Positions 12,290 to 24,680 of a stretch of DNA of 64,000 nucleotides are shown one piece after another. Positions within the stretch are counted from its first letter, which is position 1, and each line of letters begins with the position of its first letter. The notes beneath the pieces are model-generated. The model was not told the DNA's origin. It ran no database searches and saw nothing but the letters and a program-made list of their open reading frames with translations. The translations under genes and the position numbers were made by a program. Source of the DNA: Okamejei kenojei (taxonomy: Eukaryota); assembly GCA_035221665.1 (NCBI GenBank), contig CM069158.1, positions 17,050,001 to 17,114,000 of the forward strand, in the 5' to 3' direction.

Positions 12290-12575
12290 CCTTCCCCCAC
12301 CCAAATCTTCTCGTTTTCACCCAAGAAACAGCTAACAATGGCCTGTTCCTTTTGTCATCGTTACTTCTTTGCGTATCTATCTTTCATTGTTCTTTATTTC
12401 TCTACATCTTCGTCTATATCTCTCGTTACCCTTTTCCCTAAATAGTCTGAAGAAAGGTCTCGACCCGAAACGTCACCCATTCCTTCTCTCCAGAGATGCG
12501 GCCTGTCTCGCTGAATTACTCCAGCTTTTTGTGTCTATCTCCAGTTTCAACCAACATCTGCAGTTCTTTCCTTCA
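12290..12575 (+). mobile_element. Penelope-like terminal repeat containing a minimal hammerhead-like motif
   Basis: gtctgaagaaaggtctcgacccgaaacgtcacccattccttctctccagagatgc...ttactccagc...gtgtctatc. Confidence 0.65.
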
Positions 12576-12614
12576 CAAAGATTCTATAGTGATGGGTAAA
12601 AGGGAATAAGGATG

Positions 12615-13128
12615 GGAGGCAGAGTGGAACAGCTGGGAGAGCTGTTGCCTCACAGCGCCTGTGACAAGGGTTCGATTTTGACCTCTGTGAGGAGTTTGCT
12701 CATTCTCACTGTGACTGCATGGGTTTCCAGCAGGTGCTCCAGTTTCCTCCCACATTACACATTTAAGAGGGAGTTAGATGCGGCCCTTGTGGCTAAAGGG
12801 ATCAGGGGGTATGGTGAGAAGGCAGGTACAGGATACTGAGTTGGATGATCAGCCATGATCATATTGAATGGCGGTGCAGGCTCGAAGGGCCGAATGGCCC
12901 TTCAAGCCTGCACCTATTTTCTATATTTCTATGTTTCTATTCCAAAGACATGCGGGTTTCTATTTCTATGTTTCTATTCCAAAGACATGCCTCTGTAAAT
13001 TATCCCTAGTGTGTTAGGAATGGGTGAGAAAGCGGGATAGCGTAGAACTAGTGTGAATGATTGATAAATGGTCAGGGTGGACTTGGTGGGCCGAAGGGCC
13101 TGTTTCCAAGCAGTATCTCTAAACTAAA
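12615..13128 (+). mobile_element. V-SINE interrupted by a CR1-like 3' fragment (about 12757-12940)
   Basis: SINE head, LINE segment FKRELDAALVAKGIRGYGEKAGTGY plus tail, a duplicated junction ttctatgtttctattccaaagacatgc, then the SINE 3' half. Confidence 0.85.
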
Positions 13129-13422
13129 ATATCACAGTGGCAGAAACAAGGATACAGGAACACTGTGACAGGAATCATAATGCCCTTTCCATCTCTCTGT
13201 CTGTCTTTCTTCTCTCTCATTCCCTCTTTCTGCCTTGGCGTGGTGTGTTTTCAGTCTGCAAGTAACATTTCTCTCATCCGCTTATTCACTCCATTGATCT
13301 CTCCACCTTTTATTTATTTTCCAATCCTTCTGCTTATTCCCAGTTCTTTCTTCACAATTATTTGTTGTCCTCTCTGCTGAATGGCTTCTTCCTCTATTTA
13401 TTTACATCCACCTCTGCCCATG

Positions 13423-13424
<2 letters not shown>

Positions 13425-13468
<44 letters not shown>
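13425..13468. repeat. (TC)22 microsatellite
   Basis: Directly visible. Confidence 0.97.
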
Positions 13469-13472
<4 letters not shown>

Positions 13473-14496
13473 CATTCCAGTGTTCCATTTGTTATTTGCA
13501 CCTATTTATTTCCTGACTAATTTAACAGAAAAAGGATCCTTATTTGCGAGCAGATTTTTCACTCTGCAAACGGCCGATTGATTAAATTGGTCGATTTTCA
13601 GCTGCTTCTCGGAGCAGTCGAACTGTGTACCACTCCTGGTTTCATCTTGAACGTTCTCAGAACAAGTAATTTGCATATTCTCCTGCAGATACTAATTTCT
13701 GCAATGTGACAGAGGAGAAGATTATAATGTTAAATAGGTTTTGGAGAGAGGAATGTGTGTTGTAGCGAGCTGCTTTAATTGATGGCATGTCAAGTGAACC
13801 TTTGAAAATGTATCTTCTCAAGCTTTATTGACGGTATATGGAACCGTTCAGCACAGGAACAGGCCCTTTGGCCCATAATATCTATGCTGACTTTATTTTA
13901 TATAGGCTAAAACAACTGTATGAAATGGACATGTGGGATCCTAACCAAGGACATTTTGCAACAGCACAGTAACACACTCACCGTCCTCCAAATTACAGCT
14001 GAGAAGTGGTAGCTGAGTTGTAGCTGTCTCGTTGTCACATACTGTAGAGAGTGATAGAGAGTATGACTGATGTACACAGGTAAACTGGTTCTCCCAGATA
14101 GAAGTGGCAGAATGGCACTACTAATAGAGCTGCTGCTGCTTCATAGCTGCAGGGACCTGGGTTCAATCCTGACCTCTGGTACTAACAGTGTGGAGTTAGC
14201 ACGTTTTGTGATTGACTCTGTGGGGATTCCTGGAGGTGCTGTCGGAGCAGCAGAAATGAGTAACTGTGATATGTTTAAAATGGTACACACTGCATGCTTC
14301 ATGAAGCCTGCTTTGCCCGGGGTGATTTTGGGTTTCCTTCATGTTGTTGGGTCTGTGATGTTCTGGCCCCAGTCCGATCCCAGTAAGAAGTGTTGAATAC
14401 TTTTGTAATTTTCTCAGGACCTTCTACGCCCTCTTTGCATATTTGTGTATTGCATACAAATCAAAGAATTTCACTCTATTAAGTACATTTAGTGCA

Positions 14497-14803
14497 GTTT
14501 TAGTTTAGACATACAGCATGGGAACAGGCCCTTCTGCCCACCGACTCAGCCCGTGGTGCCCAGCGATCACCCCGTACACCAGCACTATCCTACACACTAG
14601 GGACAATTTACAAATTTACCAACCCAATTAACCTACAAACCTGTACATCTTTGGAGTGTGGGAGGAAACCGGAGCACCCAGGGAAAACCCACGTGGTCAC
14701 AGGGAGAATGTATAAACACCATACACACAGCACCCGTGGTCAGGATCGAACCCGGATCTCTATCGCTGTAAGGCAGCAAATCTACCTCTGCACCGCTGTG
14801 CCA
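14497..14803 (-). mobile_element. HE1-like V-SINE, near full length
   Basis: gttttagtttag tail through ggatcgaacccgg...ccgctgtgccac head on the minus strand. Confidence 0.9.
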
Positions 14804-14857
14804 CTTGTGACGATAAAGTATCAATCAATCAATCAAGTCCAGACGATGGGAACAAAA

Positions 14858-14938
14858 AGCTGTAGTAATTCAGCAGGTCAGGCAGCATCTCTGGAGAAAA
14901 GGAATAGGTGACGTTTCGGGTCGAGACCCTTCTTCGGA
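14858..14938 (-). mobile_element. Penelope-like terminal fragment ending about 75 nt upstream of the Ig2 exon
   Basis: ggcagcatctctggagaaaaggaataggtgacgtttcgggtcgagacccttcttcgg. Confidence 0.7.
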
Positions 14939-15011
14939 CGATTTTGGTTTTCACTGCTCAGTGGTTGAGCGGACGCGAGCTCCTCTAACTGTCTTCCCTT
15001 CTTGCTTGCAG

Positions 15012-15197
15012 AGGACCAGTTGCCCCCGGGCTTCCCCAACATCGACATGGGCCCGCAGCTGAAGGTGGTGGAGCGAACTCGCACGGCTACCATGCTCTGT
15101 GCCGCCAGTGGCAACCCCGACCCCGAGATCACCTGGTTCAAAGACTTCCTGCCTGTCGACCCCAGCTCCAGCTCGCGCATCAAACAGTTGCGGTCAG
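15012..15197 (+). CDS. PTPRS: LAR-family receptor PTP (PTPRS-like), exon encoding the first part of Ig2
   Basis: Acceptor cccttcttgcttgcag|AGGAC, donor TCAG|gtagga, 186 nt, phase 1-1. Encodes (E)[61 protein letters not shown], recognisably LAR-RPTP Ig2. EDQLP..GFPNID and VDPS favour PTPRS. Confidence 0.95.
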
Positions 15198-16150
15198 GTA
15201 GGAGCTGGAATGAACGAGATATTACCAACCGATGCAAAGCTGATGAATCTGATTCTTTAAAAGAAAGTGTGGAACCAGAAGGCCTTTGTGTAGCTGTTAC
15301 TGCCGTTGATGTTTGTGACGTCCTCATAGCTTGTCATTCTGTCTGTTTATCGTGTGCATAGAGCTTTCTTTGATTCATGCTGCTCACTGCTGTGACTTTA
15401 TCTCCAGTTCTTTTCATTATGTTCTTTGAAGTGGCTCTTTCACCCTGGGCCCATTGCAACTTCATTTATTTGTTTTGTTTAAATATTTGTTTGGTTTTCT
15501 TGGTTTTCTTATCTCTCTTTTATATATATACTTTTTTCCATTTTGGGATTCCATTCTGTGACCAATGTGTCAAATTGAAACAAATCGTTGAGATTGGGAA
15601 ACTCTTACCAAGGTATTTTGCTGTCCTTGCTGGGTGTGATATATGCAGGTGAGCAAGCAGCACTGTATTATCCCAGTGGAACCATTGGCAGAATGAACAA
15701 GCGCATCAAGTACTTCACTGTGAATGGTGCCAAAATAAAACTGGCCCATTGAATTCTTTAACTTTAAGCCTAAAAATAAAACATGTTTTAAAAAAGGAAC
15801 TAACATAATATTGTTTAATCTAAACTTCACATCCTGCGGTGAGCTGCACTTAATCCTTAAAATGATTGACCTCTTAAAACAGTTCAGGGCCCTCTGTTGC
15901 CATGGTTTTGAACTTTGAATTTTAGCAATAACCTTGCTATTTTGCGAATGCATGTTGCTCTTTGTAGTATCAAAATCAAATAATATACTAACAGTCATTT
16001 AAATAAGATGACAATGAATTAACTGATTTTACTAACATGTTTGAATCTAAGTAAAATTTTAAAGTCTTTTTAATGTTACATAACAATGACTATATAGCTG
16101 AATAATGTCTTCTATAATGTTTTCTTTCTTTCTGTTCCTTAATCTTAAAG

Positions 16151-16159
16151 AGTCCTTTG
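16151..16159 (+). CDS. PTPRS: Microexon meA3 (9 nt, encodes ESF)
   Basis: tttctttctttctgttccttaatcttaaag|AGTCCTTTG|gtaagt: pyrimidine tract, consensus donor, phase 1-1. The peptide resembles the known meA3 peptides (ESI in PTPRD, ETF in PTPRS) at the expected position. Confidence 0.88.
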
Positions 16160-16699
16160 GTAAGTATTGGCCTTCGAAGCCAAATTCACAAAACCCTCTC
16201 CAGACTAATGTCACAAATAGCTTAAAATGCATGCTTGCATTTTACTAACTGTTAATAAAACCTGCTGGTCCTACCCCAACCAACCTACACTAGATTGTTG
16301 TTATTTTAATTCCCATCAGACAATCCCTGCCTATGACCCAGCAAAAGATTTTACCCAGAACCCTGAGGAATTCTTCATGCTCTACCCTTTTGAACAATAG
16401 CATCCATTCTTGTTCCTTGGAGTTCCACATCTAACTCATTACAGATTCCTCTCCTAAATATGCTCATGTCTTGGCTTAGGATCAACCATGCTCAGTTTTA
16501 ATAAGTGCTACAAATTGCTTTATTCACCGAGGGACTGCGTATGGTACTCGAGTTTAAATTTAAACAGGGCATTAAATTGTTTTCCTAAAGTAAGCAAGCT
16601 CTCTCCAGCACTGAAGAGCAAATGTTAATTGAGTCAGAATGAGTCCAGGAGCGATCTCGGTTTGGTAAGTGAGACCGTTTTCCACGGGAGCAGAGCGGT

Positions 16700-18135
16700 T
16701 ACTGTCATACAATTGGACTACTGTCGGTACAGTATACATGGATGGGGTTGGAAGGGTGGGGAGTGACTACAGATTTGGCCTTTACATTTGGGATGGGGTG
16801 CTACAGATAGAACCGTACAGTTGGCATGGTACAACTGGCACTCTGATGTTAGGGCGATAGAGTTGGGTAAAATTGTTGTCCCCTGGTCCCCGAAGATATA
16901 CGCTCACAAGCAGAAATAAAAAGTGCTGGAGATACTGAGCACATCCGGGCAATGTCCATGGAGAGAGGAACATAGGTAATGTTTCAGGTCAATGGTCTTT
17001 CATCAGAATGCTCACCAATGAAAGATCATCAACCTGACTCCACAGATGCTGCCTGGTCTGCTAAGTGTTATCAGCATTCTCTCTTTTTATCTCAGATTTC
17101 CAGCAGCTTTGTTTATTTTTCTTTGTCATACAGTTGCAGTCTAATAGGACAATGCAGTCGGGTAGTACTACCGTGGCCTAAAATGAGGGCATGTAATTGG
17201 GATGTCATCGTTAGATGGTATAATGTGAGGACCGTTCTGTTGGAAATGTACTATCTTGCCTTAAATTTGAAGCAGGAAAGAATGGATCATTTGTCATTGA
17301 AGGGGTTTAATGTTGCTGAGATTCAGCTGGGTGTGTTTACTCAGGACAGTGCAGTTCGGATGGTATAATAGATCTCTAGTGATGGGTATATATAATTGGG
17401 ACAGTATAATTGGTGTTCAGCTAGATGCCTAGAGGTGGAGCAATGCAGTTGAATCACTTCAATTGGAAAATACGATTGAGTGGTAGATTTGGTCTAACGG
17501 CTATATGGTGAAAATGGAAAAAAAACATTCAGATGATGAAGGCGGAGCAGTATGGTTGGAAGGTATAGATAGAGCAATATGTTTGGACATAATGGTTGGT
17601 GGGCTTGATGAGTACAGTTGAAATTGCACTGATGCAATGGTAGTGTTGGGTTGGAACAATACATTTAGTCACCCTGATGGTTGAAAAGTTACCATTGGGC
17701 AATGGAGTTGGAGCGATACTGTTGGAGTAGTGTCATTGGATTGGGAGGGACAATGTGAGCGGTTCTGTTAGATGAAAATATTGGGTTGTAGAGTTGAAGT
17801 GGGATGTTAAAATGGTACATTTGGAGCAGCTAACTTAGCTGGGAATGTTACAGTTCGGATGGCTTTTGGGGCAGTACAAGTGGAGACATACCATTTCTGT
17901 ACTTTCAAAGCTGTAGAAAGGGCACAGTGCAGTAAGGACCCAACAGGTGCAGAGCCATGGTTGTGGTAGTACAGTTGGTACAATGTGGGCTGGTGATATT
18001 ATTGGAGTAACACAGTGGGGAGGATATGTTCATATAGCACAGTTAGAGTGATATAACGGAGATGATATAATCGGGCGAGACTATTGGCGTGGTATATTTG
18101 GAATGGTGGTACTATGGCAGTTCTACAGTTTGAGT
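16700..18135. repeat. Degenerate G/T-rich satellite-like tract with recurring (T)ACAGTTGG-like motif, interrupted by a Penelope-like fragment at about 16915-17105
   Basis: Repeated variants: gtacagttgg, gagtacagttgaa, gttacagttcgga, gtacatttgga, gcacagttagag, ctacagtttgag. Confidence 0.6.
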
Positions 18136-21100
18136 GAAGCCCAGGGATCCTACCACTGGAAGTGACAGAAAACCATCCTACTATTGGCTCTAATAACCCT
18201 AGACCATGGAATGGAAAGTGGAATCAAATTCCCATTCCTGACCATTATTGTTGACCATCCAGGTACAAGGAAACAGAACAGCGAGCTCTTTCTGCGTTCC
18301 CAGTTAGATCATCACATGATCAGGCTTAATCGTGGTTCCCACATGCAAAATACTCTGCTGAAACTCAAGCCTATGTTTTGTGACTAGGAGTATTTTAAAT
18401 GGCTTACCACAATTGTTAAAATGATTGATTGGAGATTGTGAGCCTCGGGCTGCCGGCTAAGGTATCAGAAGCCATTCTGAACCCTTGTAATTTAGCCCAG
18501 CCATTAGGAGGAGAAGGAGTTGATTTGAAAGTGTGTGAAGTGCTGGGTCAATACAGGTGGATGAAGGGGTTCTAGACTAGAAACAGTACCTTCCTCAATA
18601 GACATCAGTCGCAGGAATTAAAGTTTCATTGAAGCTTCACTGCCCAAATTTCACAAGCAGCAACTTGATCTCACTATGAACTTTTGCTGTATGCTTTATA
18701 GCCTCTGAGGTATTTTTGAAGTGTCGGCGCTGTTGTAACATAATATATTGTAATACAGTGAGGTTGAGGTATTAGATATTCATCAGAAAGACACTGTGTT
18801 TTGTAGCTTCCATTAATCACTCATCAGCCAGTAGGATAAACATTTATATCGTGAATTTAATCACCAATATTTTTATTGACTATGATAGATTAGAATCATT
18901 GCACACATCAAGCGCTGTACTGAATTAAAAAAATCAGCCTTCCCAGAGGTCGGTAGGATGCAACTATTTTTGCAGGAGGGGGCTGAACGTAAATTCAAAA
19001 CTGCTCTGAGAGGCCATTCATGTGAACATCCCAAACTTGTCTCTCCCATTTGAACTGGTCTCTGATGTTGGGCTCCTTGTAGAGATTATTGATGGAGGGC
19101 CAACTTCCTGCAGCTCCCAGAGGTTATACTGGGAAGGCCTTGGCACTGAGCCAATGCAATATTAGACCTGGTTCAGGCTCAGTGGCTACTTTCATTCCTT
19201 TGGAGAGGACGGCTGTGGGTGACCCAGGTAAGTTTTGGGTGATTGATATTTGATTGTGTTAGCAAATTGTTAGCTTTAATCTATTTTTAACGTTTCAACT
19301 GTTACTAGTCTTTTTAATTAAAAGAAACCTTTTTTAAAGTGCCAACTTTTTTTTAACATTTTAATTTGTTAACAGCTTGAATCATTTTAATTGTTTTCCA
19401 TTGTTTATTTCATTGGTTGCAAGTATGTCTCCCTGTCATTTATAAATGTCAGGGATATTGATAAATGCTCCAAGCTCCGCGATGGCTTTGATAGCCGATA
19501 ACCCTGGCTGTTTGGATTAGCGGGTAGCAAAGTATTCCCGGCAGCAGGAGCTGCTGCTTCCAGTGGGAATGCCCTGTATGGTATGGACTAGGCCAAGTCT
19601 AAGCTAGGTCCGGGAATGTGCTGCAGGTAAGTGTATGGTCGGGGTGCAGCCAGTGTGTGCAGGCCTCTGCTCACTGAGGATGGCCAAACTAAACCACCCT
19701 ACTACACGGATGCTGAAGGTCTTGCATTCAGAAGATGCAGTAATGGGATGGAGGAGATGCTGTAACGGGATGTCCAGATTAATCCACTGAACTGTAAATG
19801 GCCTCTGTGTGGGAAGGAACTGCAGATGCTGGTGTAAAACTTCACTTATTTTTCTCCAAAGTCGCTGTGTGACCTGCTGAGTTACTCCAGCATTTTGTGT
19901 CTATCTTGTGAACGCTCTTTAACTCTTTGAGTCATAGTTCTCTCACCAACGGTGTGATGACATTATTCACAGCTCACCCGGCTCCACCTACCATTTTGAT
20001 TTGACTGGTACCCTGCAGAGAGATGAGTTGCTCTTGACCACTTGGTCATCTGGTGCAAACATGGACAGGCACCTAACCCCAGTAAAGGACATCTACTCAG
20101 TCTTGCTGTACCGGGATCCTGGCTTGACCCCCTGCTTCCTGCTCCCTCCAGCTGCAATGTACTTGCCGAGAGAGGCAGCCCATTCAGGACTAGTGTTGGG
20201 TGGGCTGGAGCTAGGGGTGGTATAGCTCAAGGCTCCTCTTCAGGTTGAGGAGAGTGGGCTTGGTAGAGCAGAGAGGGGGAGAGCGGACAGCAACACCTAT
20301 CGCATCCAACAGGAGGAGTTAGTGGAGACAGTGGGATGGGATTGGAGGAGGAAGGGTCTCTGCCCACGCATGGAGCAGTCATTGTCAGTGCCCGGCCATG
20401 TGCAGTGCTCACTGCTCCCAGCAGGGTGCAGCACTGAGCCCTACAACCTGGCAACCAAGTGCCCTTATTGCATATCCTAGCCAACCCAAAACACCAGTCT
20501 CACAGGCAGCATCGCCACAGAAAATCATTATGGCACCAGCACAGCAGTCACTCCGCACTTCCCTGCAGATATATAATCCCACAATGGCTGGTTCTTTCAC
20601 GCTCTCGTTCTCTGGGAATGCATCCTGAACGCTAAGCAAATGACCGCTGTGTATATTCCGGCAGGTAAGTTTTAAGTTTCATGATTTTAGGCTTATGATT
20701 TCTCTAAAACAAAACCTTCTTGGCCATTCTTCCATTCCTCACTGGCCTGATGCCCCAACTGCTCCCAGTTGTCCTGGCCTTCTCTGCTGTATGCATCATG
20801 TCTTAAAAACCTCTACACCATCGTCAAAGACACCGGGCAAGGTTGTTGTCTTATCTGGAATTTTTTAAGATCACTTTCCCCAAGTATTGAGAAAAAGGGA
20901 AACCCTTTAAAGTATTTATATCCCTACTGGATCAAAAGATGGTTCCCTCAGGAAGCCAGAAAATATCAATTGAAAGGCAAGTGGCTGACTCACCCGCACA
21001 GCTATTCATCTATTTTTATCACTATGTTCCTGTTGGTAAATGGAACAATTGCATTTGGGAGCTCCTCACTGAGGAAGCCCCAGTTTGAATTGATTAAGTT

Positions 21101-22104
21101 TAAATAACATGGCCTTATGTAATCTGCGGATAGAAGTGGAATTTAATGTTCCCTCTCTTCGTCCCTCAGCCTCTCCTCCTTCCAGTTCCATGAGTCTTCC
21201 ATCCCTCAGCTTCTAACCTCCTGTGCATTTCCTCCCGCCCACCGCACACCCACTCCACTCCATCCCTCTTCTCCCTGCACAATCCCCCTTCTATTGCCCT
21301 CTCTTCTCTCTCCTCCCCCCCCCCCCCCCCCCCTTGCTCCTATCGCCTCCTGCTATGGCATTCCTGGCGCTGGCTCTGGAGACCAACGTGTGGGGTAGGT
21401 GGCTGGAAGATTTTGTGGAAACTGTAGAGAACTGAGAGGAACGGAAATGTTCAGCGTTGCTTCACAAAGAGACGTAGAACTGGTTGATCCTGGAGTCAGA
21501 GACACCAGCAGGCAGGAATTACCGATCAGGACCTGCTTGTTGCATTGGATGTGAAACTCCTTCCAGTATCCAAAGCTTCTGTTAAATCATAAACCATGGA
21601 ACACTCTTAAAAATATATTCTGACTGCTCTCCCTCCCTACCCTTCCCCTCTCCTTTAATTAATCTCAGCTCCTGGTGCCAACACCATTACGTGTAGGTGC
21701 TTCCTAATAGCTAACAATCTGCTTTATTAACTTTCCCTAATAACCCTGACAGATTAACACCCCACTCCTTTTAGAAACACAGTTTCAGGCTGCAGTTTGG
21801 CACATTCTGATAATGAACCTAAATCCGACACGTTTGGAGAGGGATGGTTTCCCTTTATCTATCTATTGTACTTTATTTTATTTTCCTTTGGTGTTGAAGT
21901 TGGGTGTTGTGCTTCTTTCCATGGGCTGACAGGAAGTGGTGTCAGTGTAGAATATGACATCCTGTGATTGAGTGTTTCGCTGTGACAGGTGTCCAGATTC
22001 TGACAGGCTTCTCCTCCCGACCCCGGCAGCAGATCTAACACCTCCATTGACCTGTGTCCCAGGGTAGCCTGACATGGACCCAAAGTTCCAGGTGGTGCAG
22101 AATA

Positions 22105-22306
22105 GGTTCATAAGTTCAAGGAGCAGTATTAGGCCATTCGGTCCATCAAGTCTACTCCGCCATTCAATCATGGCTGATCTATCTTTCCCTCCTAACCCCA
22201 TTCTCCTGCTTTTGCTCCATAACTCCTGACACCCGTACTAATCAAGAATCTGTCAATCTCCACCTTAAAAATATCCATTGACTTGGCCTCCGCAGCCATC
22301 TGCAGC
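22105..22306 (-). mobile_element. CR1-like LINE 3' fragment
   Basis: gttcataagttc...ttaggccattcggtccatcaagtctactccgccattcaatcatggc. Confidence 0.82.
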
Positions 22307-22465
22307 ACAAAACTCTCCACATTTTGGCAGCAAAAGGAGGCGTTTGCACACTAAAGAACAATGTGTCCGGGAAAGTGCTGCATCGGCTGAATCATCAGAA
22401 TTGTCCAGGGAACCACTGAACCTTTCTGGCCAGCTCAGACCCATATTTAACACACTTACTCATTG

Positions 22466-22762
22466 CAACACAGAAAGAGCCTATTCAACCCATCAGGTCC
22501 ATGCTAACTCCCACTCGAGCATTCCCATATTTACCCGTATTGCACGCAAGTTATACTCTCTCACTTGTCATCCGCTTTTCCACCTGCACAAAGGGATAAC
22601 TCACAGAACCTAAGTGAGGGAAGGAAAGAATATGTCAGGGGGGATGGATGCTCACATGGTAATAGGGAGAACACGCAAACTCCGCAGAGACAGCGCCTGA
22701 GGTCAGGATTGAACCCGGGCCCTTGGTACGCCAGGGTAGCAGCAGGTCTACCTGTTGCACCA
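22466..22762 (-). mobile_element. Degenerate V-SINE
   Basis: gggagaacacgcaaactccgcagagacagcgcctgaggtcaggattgaacccggg (reverse-complement head). Confidence 0.75.
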
Positions 22763-24349
22763 TCCAATGATGCCACCCAATAACAACCTCCTTCAACTCC
22801 CTGCCCGTAATGAATTGTCTCATTTAAACAAGTCATCGAGTACTGGATCTCAGTGCCCTCGGGTTAAGGAAGAAAGGAGGAATGGGATGGGATGGGTGGA
22901 AAGGGTAGGTTTATATTTGTGTCCTAGAACCCCAACAGGGAGAGTAGAAGTTTGCATCAATAGGATTAAAGTCAATAGTCACTGGGTAACATCCTCAACA
23001 ATCCAGAGACATGGTGGCCAGTAAGCAGATTCACCCATCAGTAACGGAGAATGAGGGAAGATCAAAAGGCCATTACCTTACCCCAGCATGAAGATGGCAT
23101 CTCCTGAACAAAGGAAAATGAACCATTATGATACCTTGGCATTGTAGACTCAGAGTGTCCTAGTTTGGGGCTGGGGTTTTCTGCACCAACCATGCTTCAG
23201 CTGAACTGCCAGTCCCTGATACAATGCGCCCAAAATGAAAGTCCCACAGGGCGTTATTAAATGGCCATATTTTGAACTAATGCCTTATAATGCAAGATGT
23301 CCTTACAGAGGGTAAATATATTATTTTTGAAAAGCCCAACATATCCTTTATTTAAAACAGAATACTTCATTTAAAAACTCATTGGCTTGGACATTAGATG
23401 GTTGGTGCTACAGTTTTGGGCTCTAAGCAATTAAAAGACTGGGAAGAAATTAAGAATGTACAACAAATTATCCGCCAGACACAAGTGTCCTTCCAGTTCT
23501 TCACATCAGATGTGCCAGCTCAAGGCGGACCACAGACGTGCAATTGTGCCCAACACGGAACAAAACACACCTGGATTGTTGTTGGTGTGTCCATGGTACC
23601 AGCTGTACCTAGGCCACTCCTACAGTGGGTGACCTTTACAGCTAATTTCATGGTGAGGCTAATTTCAGCGGACTGCTGCTGAGGCAGACACTTACTCAGA
23701 ACTCCCTTGGGCACCCCAAATCCCACAACCCTGTCCCCACCTTGTGACTCCTTGCCCAGCCCCCATATCAGTAATGTTCAGTAATCGGCCAGTCGTCCCT
23801 TACCTGCCTATCCGTCGACCTTCACCTCAATTTCCCTATGGGCTTCTTGGCCCCATCTTTTCCAGCTCAGACCTGACCCTTCCATTGATCATGGCCTGAC
23901 TCCCACCACGGTGATCCCCTTCCTATCTCAACCATCAGCCCCTCTTCTAATCTGGCCCGACAACTATCCTTCCAACCCTAAACAATCCCCCATCCCAGGC
24001 TCCATTTAGCCTACTGGGATTGGATTTACCTGACTCCCTTGCAATGTTTGCAAATATGTTTGATCGCTCATCCTCTTTAGTAGCACACCATGCTGCAAAC
24101 ATTAATGTGCTACTGAATCTCCCAGGAACAGCCATCAAACCAAGCACTGATTAGCTCGCCATCCACCCACAGTTTAATGTAGTTGAACAGAAACAATTCA
24201 CTTTCTAGGCAAGAGGCATTATATGAAACTCCATCTCATCCATTTGGTCAAGGGAGCAGTGTGTTCCCTTCTCCCCACCCACCCCCAATGTAAGTCTTCA
24301 GTGCCGCTGCCCCAAAATGTTTAGCAATAACTCTTTCGAGTCACAGTGA

Positions 24350-24680
24350 GACATGCAGGGCAGACTCTTTGAATCTGTACTGACTCTATTCATCCATTTA
24401 CACTAATCCTACATTAATGCCATTTTTAATTCTTCGCCCATTATTATTATTATCAGTTTTACCACTTACATACACTTGGGGCAATTTATATTGGCCAATT
24501 AACCTAACAATTTCTATGTCTTTGGGACATGGGAGAGGAACTGAAGTACCTAGAGGAAACCCAGGGAATCACAGGGAGAGCATGTAAACTCCACATAGTT
24601 AGCCCCCAGGATCAGCATTGATCCCAGGTCATTGGCACCGTGAAGCAATGGCTTTACTAACTCTGCCACTGTGTCGCCCT
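24350..24680 (-). mobile_element. Degenerate V-SINE
   Basis: ggcaattta...ggccaattaaccta...acagggagagcatgtaaactccac. Confidence 0.75.

Noticed and set aside
1-15011. Search for signal-peptide and Ig1 exons of the phosphatase
   Set aside because: No matching peptide found by eye; presumed to lie upstream of the window.
15198-15361. ORF continuation past the Ig2a donor (GRSWNERD...)
   Set aside because: Read-through into the intron; similarity to LAR-RPTPs stops at the canonical donor. The same applies to ORF extensions around the other exons.
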